Shown in pieces: positions 57,021 to 64,000 of a DNA stretch of 64,000 bases. This stretch comes from Macrostomum lignano. Taxonomy: Eukaryota. How positions within the stretch are numbered: the stretch's first letter is position 1; the number at the start of each line of letters is the position of its first letter. Both the position numbers and the translations under genes were made by a program. The notes under the pieces are model-generated. The model saw only the letters and a list, made by a program, of their open reading frames with translations. It had not been told where the DNA came from and made no database searches. The stretch covers positions 383,484 to 447,483 of the forward strand of contig NIVC01000763.1 in assembly GCA_002269645.1 (NCBI GenBank). The letters run 5' to 3'.

Positions 57021-57599
57021 CAGCGGTGCACACAATCCTAACAATCAACGGCTTAAAAGACACCTAGCCAAGAGCGGCCTTCCTAAAACACCTGTGTAAC
57101 AGGTAGGATTTTGCGTCCTATGCACCTTCTGCTCACATCGGATAGCAAAGAATTGAATTCAAATTAGCACGGTATTTCTGGGCCCAGGCTGCTGTGGTTC
57201 TACAGCCCAGCCGAGGCAAGGGCCATGCCTTTGGGCCCGCAGAGGCGGTCGAGAGAAAAGTGAAGCGAGCGCCTCCGCTGCCTGTCCTTTTACGAGCGTA
57301 ATTAAAACACTGAAGAGCATACGCGTGAGAACGAGAACTCTTAGAGGCTACATAGAACAAATATGAGCGGCCACCCTTCGCAATATGACGGCATTCTATG
57401 CAGTTCATAACCTGGTCAGTTTAGGGGCAACAATGTGCACTTCTCCAGTACTCCCAGAAGATCCGTGAACACCTTGACACCTTGCTGCACATGTACGGAG
57501 ATGGGATTTAAATACAAGTCGTCTGCTAGGGTGATACATATACTTCAGGTAGCAACTTGTGGGTGTGGTGTTATGGCAATGAAGTTATGTACAATGATA

Positions 57600-58560
57600 A
57601 GCAGCAATTACGAGATGTAGAAATGGGTTGGGTAAGTTGGGTTCATATTCAAGTTTGCAAAGGTCAGCAGTCGGAAGTAGAAAAAGGGTTCTTCTTTGCT
57701 GGTCGTCTATTGTGTTGGGGGTGCAGGCTGCTGCTGGTGTGGTTCTGGTTTCCCTCGTGGTTTTCGGTGGCCACAGTGTCCTGATGAGACTCCTGGGTGT
57801 CTCCGTCGCTGGGTGGCGATGTGGCGGGTCCTATTTGTGATCTGGCTGCGGACTGCTGAGGGGCAGGGTTTCAGACAGTCGATGGAAATTGCTTCCTGAC
57901 TTGGTCGCGTCTCGACAATGAAGAACTTGGGCGTGCGTCAGTTGACTGGGTGGTCCTGTGTATGGCGCTTCCAGTGGCCTTCTAACCCTGTTCACTCGGA
58001 TTCAGACTTTGTCGGTTGTTCACAGGTCTTTAGGAGCGTGGTTTTGACAGCGGATTGCCCTGGGCGGGTGTTGGAGCAGTTGCTCAACATTCAATGGAAT
58101 CGTTGCAGGGTCCGAAGCGCTGACCAAGGAGCATGGGGTTCTCGCCAGTAAGTCTGGTGAAAGGGCTGACACCTGCATCGTCCGGTGCGATGTGCATCGC
58201 AAGTAACGCTAGGGGCAGATTGTCGAGTCATGAAACACCTCGCGCCTTGAGAATCGTCTTGGGAGTGCGACGGGCTCTCCCCACTTTCTCGCTGCACTGT
58301 GGATGGTAAGCCGTGGTGCGAAGTCTGTGGAGCCCAACAGTGGATGAGAGGACGTCGGAAGCTCCTCTTCAAACTGTGACTGTGGTTCGCGATCTGTGAT
58401 GACGTAGAGCGGTACTCCAAAACGCGGAATCCATGTTGCGATGAAAGGAGCCACTTTCTAGTACAATGCTCGAAGACCTCAAGTCATCGCAGGGAGTTTG
58501 ACAAGGACTTGCAGGAATTAGCTTGTACAGAAGGCCTGGTCGGACTTGACTTGCATTGTA
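57600..58560 (-). mobile_element. Ty3/gypsy integrase fragment
   Basis: Minus strand FIATWIPRFGVPLYVITDR, TTAYHPQ-like segment, degenerate downstream region. Confidence 0.7.
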
Positions 58561-59582
58561 GCCTCTTCAATGGTCCGTGCGATCACAGAGTCACTCTGTA
58601 CATTGCAATATTCATTCTGCTGAAACAGGAACGAGTATGCGTACGTTTATATCCAACGACCCATACCCCTTAATGCCGGTTCACATTCACTGCTAGTACC
58701 ATTACGGGTCAATTACTGTTCAAATTAGCTTTAAAATGGGTCTGAACTCTGAACTAACTGTGCATTGAGTTGAGCAGCTCCCGTTTCTTCCCTTATCTCC
58801 ATCTCTATCTTCATCTTCATCTCCATACCTATCTCCTTCTCCATCTCCATCTCTGTCTTTACAAGCAGCGTTAGACATGCTATGAATAAAATTGAGACAG
58901 CAATATGCTTTACATGCTACTACGAGTAAACAGAAAAACTTAATAACTGATTTTTTACCTTTGAAGTTTAAATTTTTTACCTTTGAAGTTTAAATTTTCT
59001 CAAAATGTTTCCGTACAGCCAATGGACTCTTGAGAATTTTTCTGAGGAGCAATGTTACTCGACCGAAACAGTTACGATGGGTTTTGTTCCTTCACAGTCA
59101 TAACAGTCATAAATTTCCTTTTTTCAGCAACTCAGTCTTTTCTTCTGCTGAAATAATACAGTCAATACTGCAGTGCAACTTAAGCTAAACTAAATATATA
59201 AGCCTGCTGTGAGCCGTCGATTTTCCCTGGGGTAATTCACGCAAATTCACCTCAAAATGCAGTCGCACACGTTTCTTCATTGTCAAACATTTGGTCAGGA
59301 AAGCTTTTATCGAACGGCGAAGTCTAATTCGAACTTTGAGGATTCAAATCTGCAGTAGACAACCAGAATTTTACGCCTGGGACTCAGGTTGGCTCAAGAT
59401 GCAGGGCTGAGACAGTGCGGCTCATAATTCCCAGTCTGCATTCCTATTGCAGGTTCATTTGCAGCTCAGTTTAAATGACCACTCGCTTACTAAGACTGCT
59501 TCGAGGGGGGGGGGGACACGCTACGAGATAAATTTTAGTCAGATAAGGTTGATGCTAACAATTAAATTTGTATAAGGGTGTG

Positions 59583-60420
59583 CTCAGAAGGTGCTGTCAA
59601 GCACTTGCCTTCACTGCAAAAAACTTGGCACTGACAGAAAAAGCACCCCACTGTGAGGGAGCAAACTTGTCAACAATGAATCAATAAAAACATCGAAGTC
59701 ATTGAAATTATTGCTTCTACTTGTCAGCAGGGATTTCACTTTAATCTTCAGATCCTTGTGACATGCTTTGGTATATTTATCGACCATTAGACGATTGAAT
59801 TCTGAAAAAACTGTTCAATGAATGTCGCTTAGAAAAGTCTGCTAGTCAACTATCTGACAGACTTCCATTGAAGCTTCCGGATCAGCCAGGATAGAAGAAG
59901 CCATATGCTTCGATCTCGCAAATGGCAAACGCCTCGGCCTGCCGATTCAGAACTCGAACTCGACTGCCGAGCTGCCAGCAGCTGAGGTTCTTCACCAAGA
60001 ATGGAGTCACAATGTTCACCTCGTGGCACACAACTCCGTCAACCAGCAGCTGGAAGTCGTTCAAACGTTGAGGGCAGCAGTCCTGCCTGTTGTATGGTGA
60101 CGGATGCGACCATGGACTGCTGTGACAGCCGGCCCTCCCACCACTCAGATGGCTCGTTAAATGTGTGGCTGCAAGATCCGTCAAGATATTCTTGACGCTT
60201 GTCTCTGCTCTGAAACCCTGCTTTGAGTGCAGTCTGTGAACAGAATCTTTCTAATGCTTGCATTTGAAATTATAGGTGTTTTTTATTGTACTTGGTAAAC
60301 GGCATAAAAATCAGAGTGACCTCGCACCTTCCACTTACCTTGGACCACGCGAGCATAAATGTCACAATGCCCGGTCCAGGAGTCCCAGTTGAAGAAGGCG
60401 GACACCGTGAAGAACCGTGA
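59583..60420 (-). pseudogene. Pseudogenised tandem duplicate of the F-type lectin gene and its 3' flank
   Basis: Direct repeat of ~49105-49810 and ~50160-50245; acceptor CAG changed to CAA (~60263), RAIDG region deleted, 2-bp deletion near 60093, exon 1 mostly lost. Confidence 0.85.
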
Positions 60421-60754
60421 AGGGTTGTCGTCGGGTGGTGCCGGAGAGAATATACGAGTATTTCAAGCCACATCATTTTGCACCCGTTCGAATTGCGAAT
60501 TTCAAAAGAAAATAACTTTAACGTGCAAAAGTAAAATATGCCGAATCGCGCTTTTTATCTCTAAATAATGTTGATATTTTTATGTATGCAGCCCTACCTG
60601 AACTGAATTACTGCAACCACTATACCATGCAATGCAAGTAGCCTGAACCATTAGTCCTAAAGCCTTGTAAAGTACAAAAGTGCAGATTCCTACCATTAAT
60701 CACCAAAAGAGATTCCTCTGTTCAGGTTTAACGGCGCGGACTCGTTACACAGGT

Positions 60755-61590
60755 CCTGCCATTTCGGCGACAGACGTTTAAGCGAAAATAATACATGTAT
60801 CGCCTAAAACCTTTGAGTACCTAATTTTTAACTTTAATATTTCCGGTTATATTCAGGTCAAATAGAAAATACGTCGTACTTTATACAATAAAGACGCTGC
60901 ATGGTAGAACAACATTTTGTTATTTTTTATTTGAGGGCGCTTTCATAAGGCCCAATTAATTTCACATTGCCGAAAGCATCTTCCTTCACAAGGCCGAAAT
61001 TTCACATTGCCGAAAAATCATTTTAGCAGCTAGTGTCTTTCACTAGGCCGAAACTAATTCACTAGGCCGAAACTATAATTCACTAGGCCGAAACTAATTC
61101 ACTAGGCCGAAACTAATTCACTAGGCCGAAACTAATTCACTAGGCCGAAACTAATTCACTAGGCCGAAACTTCACATAGCCAAAGTAGCTAAGCACGCTC
61201 TTTCATAAGTTTCGGTCTAGTAAAAGACACTACATGTACGATAGCTAAAATGATTTTTCGGCAATGTGAAATTTCGGCCTATTGCTAGTGAAACTGGCCC
61301 TTGATTAGTAAACAGTGAATTCTGTTTAAGCATTCTGTTAGCACGTTTTGATTGTGCTACCATGCCTTGTCTCTTGTCCGCTGTACATCCTTGTCTCCTC
61401 CGCCCGGCCTATACCATTATTGCACTTTATTGTTCTGCTAAAATCTCTTTAACTCACTTTTACTTTTCTATCCAAAACTGTACCACCCCATTCCTGTTCA
61501 TGTTGAATTCACTGCTTTAAAACACCTTACTTATACTGCGACAAGAAAAGCTTTTCGCCAAAACGTCCTTCGCCGAATGACTGGTACCCC
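60755..61590. mobile_element. Putative non-autonomous DNA transposon with diverged TIRs, containing a MITE-like insert (~60935-61290) and a 19-bp minisatellite (aattcactaggccgaaact, 61035-61170)
   Basis: ggtcctgccatttcggcgacagacgtttaagcgaaaa versus the reverse complement of ttttcgccaaaacgtccttcgccgaatgactggtacc; the inner IR ggccgaaatttcacattgccgaaaaatcatttt resembles the MITE at 39033. Confidence 0.5.
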
Positions 61591-61795
61591 TGCCCCAAGG
61601 GTGCACGGCCAGCCCAAGGGAGCATAAGAAACGGTTTTTATCGCAATAAACAGATAGACCAATAAAAAGAATATCAGTTTAATTGTACCTAAAAGGTAAG
61701 CAAATTTAGAAATATAAAACTAACTAATTACTAGGCTATATAGAGTTTTGTTATAAATGTTGAAATAATTAAAAATAAAATTATTAGACTTTTGT

Positions 61796-62905
61796 GTGGC
61801 AGTCGGGTTGCCACTTTGGTATAGGAGTTCGTATAATATTTTTTTGTAATTTACTAAGTTTTGGAAAATTAACTATGTGCCCCAACCCCCGGAATTTTTC
61901 GCGTAATTTTGTCAATGGTTGTATTTCGTCATTTTGTTCATAGGTTGTTCTCTCGTCCCAAGTTTTGTTCCTCCCATGCGTCCCACTTTTGAAGCGATGT
62001 TTCCCCACTCTTGTCTTGTTATTTTTTCTGGTTCATTTCTGCGTTGTCCGCCTCTGCCCAACCTTGTGCCCACTCCTTTGCCCAACCCGCTGCCCAGCTG
62101 CCCGTCCAAGTTTCGCCCTGTTGTTGATTTTTTTTGCTATCTATTTATTTTGCCTGTTTTCAAGCGCACTCTCGCTCACTCTCGCGCACGCTCGCTCACT
62201 CTCTCTCTCGCTCCCACTCTCTTTCTCTTTTTGCCCAACCGACCCCTAAGTAATTATATTTTAATTAAGCCTCAAAAAAGTAACCGTACTAGGCGTACAA
62301 GCCGCATTTAAATCTCTTAGTGCACCGCGGCTCTGCTCGAGGAAATTATTTCAGTCGTACTTAAATTAACTTTTACCTGCCTGCTAAACAATAATCTTTT
62401 TATATTCAGTTAAATAATAATAATAAAATTTAATTATCGATAACACCATTTCATAACTACTTCGTTAAGCCCATAGCCTATCTTGAGTTATTTGCCCGTG
62501 GGGCGTAAAATAACCGAAATCTCATCTCAAAGAAAGCTCTGAGACCATTAGACGTTCCGTAATACGAGAATTACGGTGGTGGCAGCTCTACCCTACTAAA
62601 AGTAATCTGTGCGACAAATCGACCAACCAGCCTACGTGACAAAATCTTCGACGTCTACCATTTGAACGACCGCGCCGCTAACGACCGCTCCGCTACGATT
62701 GCAACTACCCTCCCCCGGAATTTGAGGACCCGGCTGTCGGAGTAAAAGGAGAAGAAATTCGTTGGGATTCACCTGCGCGATTTTTTCCGGCTTTATTCGT
62801 GCGAACTAAACGCCAGCGGCTATTCAAACGAGGAACCCGCCCCACCTCAGTTTGGTGTCAGCAAATTTTCAAAAGCAACAGTTCCAAGAAAATTTTTCTC
62901 CACCC
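61796..62905 (-). mobile_element. Unclassified non-coding interspersed element, copy B
   Basis: Reverse-complement homology to 10078-10537 and the same distal GTGGCA..TGCCAC hairpin (61796-61814). Confidence 0.6.
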
Positions 62906-64000
62906 CCACCTCACTTGCTTGTTCTGATCGAGCTCGCGATGTTCAGGATGTTATTAAGCTCTAGGCTTGAAAAGTCTTTCAAAGTTTTGCATGCTTTTGC
63001 AAAGCTTTGCATGACATTTTGGAATTTAAAATTTCGATCTTGCCTTGATAACTTTTGGACTTTAGAAGGTCTAGGCTAGGCTAGGCCTAATTAGATTTTT
63101 AGCGATATCTAAATATAGCCTATAATGCTAATGCAATTGACTAATAGCTACTCAACTTTTATAAATCATTGGTATTAGGCCTAATAGCAATTAGCATCAA
63201 GTCTAATACTTAGGCATCAATATAGCCTAGGCTAGGACCTATTCCCTAATATCTTTTAGTTTTAAATAAATCTATACAATTCAATGTATTCAATGTATAA
63301 GGAAAAATTTTTTTGGCTTTGGCCTAAGCCTAGGCTAGGCCTAAGTATTGTTCATAATAAAAAGTAATTTTTATTCAAAAAACTTTATAAACCATTATCA
63401 TTATAGGAGGTTATTCAGTTATTGGGGTGTCAGTATAAGTGGCTAAATATGTTTGCTTGTGCCTCCTTTTAATTTCAATTAGCCTTTTAACTAAATGGCT
63501 CTCAAAAGCTTTGACCAGAAGTTTGCTCAATTGTTAGGTTGCCAGTTTGCTTTAACTTAAGGTGTATTGGTGTAAGACCAAGATGGCCATATACCAAGAT
63601 GGCCACAACATTGAATCTCTTTCACGTCTTTGGCTCTGTTCCTCTTTTTATCATTAATTAGCAACATAGTAGCTATTATTATATTAATTATTATGTTTAA
63701 TCAATCATATTCATAAATACTAATGCAATAATAGATTTGATTAGATAATAAAAAACTTTAATATTTGCAACAAGGCAAAGTATTTATTTTGTTACCAAAA
63801 GAATGATTATAATATAGGGGCCTAGGCCCTAATATAATACAATTCCATTATAGGCCTAGCATCTTTTAGCATCTATTTTTCTAATTATTACTAATAGGAA
63901 ATAAGTGAAATATATAGACCTAGGCTTAATATTATCTATTTAGACACTTAGAGCTGTGGCTATCTTAGTATGTGGCCATCTTGGTCATGCGCCATTTGCT

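Noticed and set aside
62520-62560. gaaagctctgagac as the RNase P RNA CR-I motif
   Set aside because: The second copy reads gaaagctcaaagagac, and no convincing CR-V or P4 pairing was found.

Overview
Eukaryotic (animal) genomic DNA, not prokaryotic: GT-AG spliced genes, GC-rich exons and introns packed with minisatellites. The style suggests a free-living flatworm such as Macrostomum (inference only). From left to right: (1) the last 10 exons of TMEM131 (98-14027, +), with a tRNA-Gly(CCC) gene in intron 8 and a tandem repeat in most introns; (2) a tRNA-derived SINE, plus mariner and gypsy remnants; (3) a plakin-like gene (SH3 and helical region) with stops and frameshifts and an unusual C-terminal SWxGF repeat (19.2-24.1 kb); (4) a Crypton-type tyrosine recombinase cut off by scrambled gypsy fragments; (5) a pair of ~99% identical, ~1.6-1.8 kb inverted arms (28609-30165 and 40535-42322) enclosing a spliced P-element transposase and nested hAT/MULE elements; (6) a near-complete but frameshifted Ty3/gypsy element with only 21 nt of its 5' LTR; (7) an apparently intact secreted PAN/apple-like + F-type lectin gene (-) and its pseudogenised tandem duplicate, separated by a Penelope-like element with a hammerhead ribozyme, an RNase H-bearing LINE and a gypsy fragment. 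No CRISPR array or bacterial system was found. All homology calls come from recognising motifs by eye; no searches were run.
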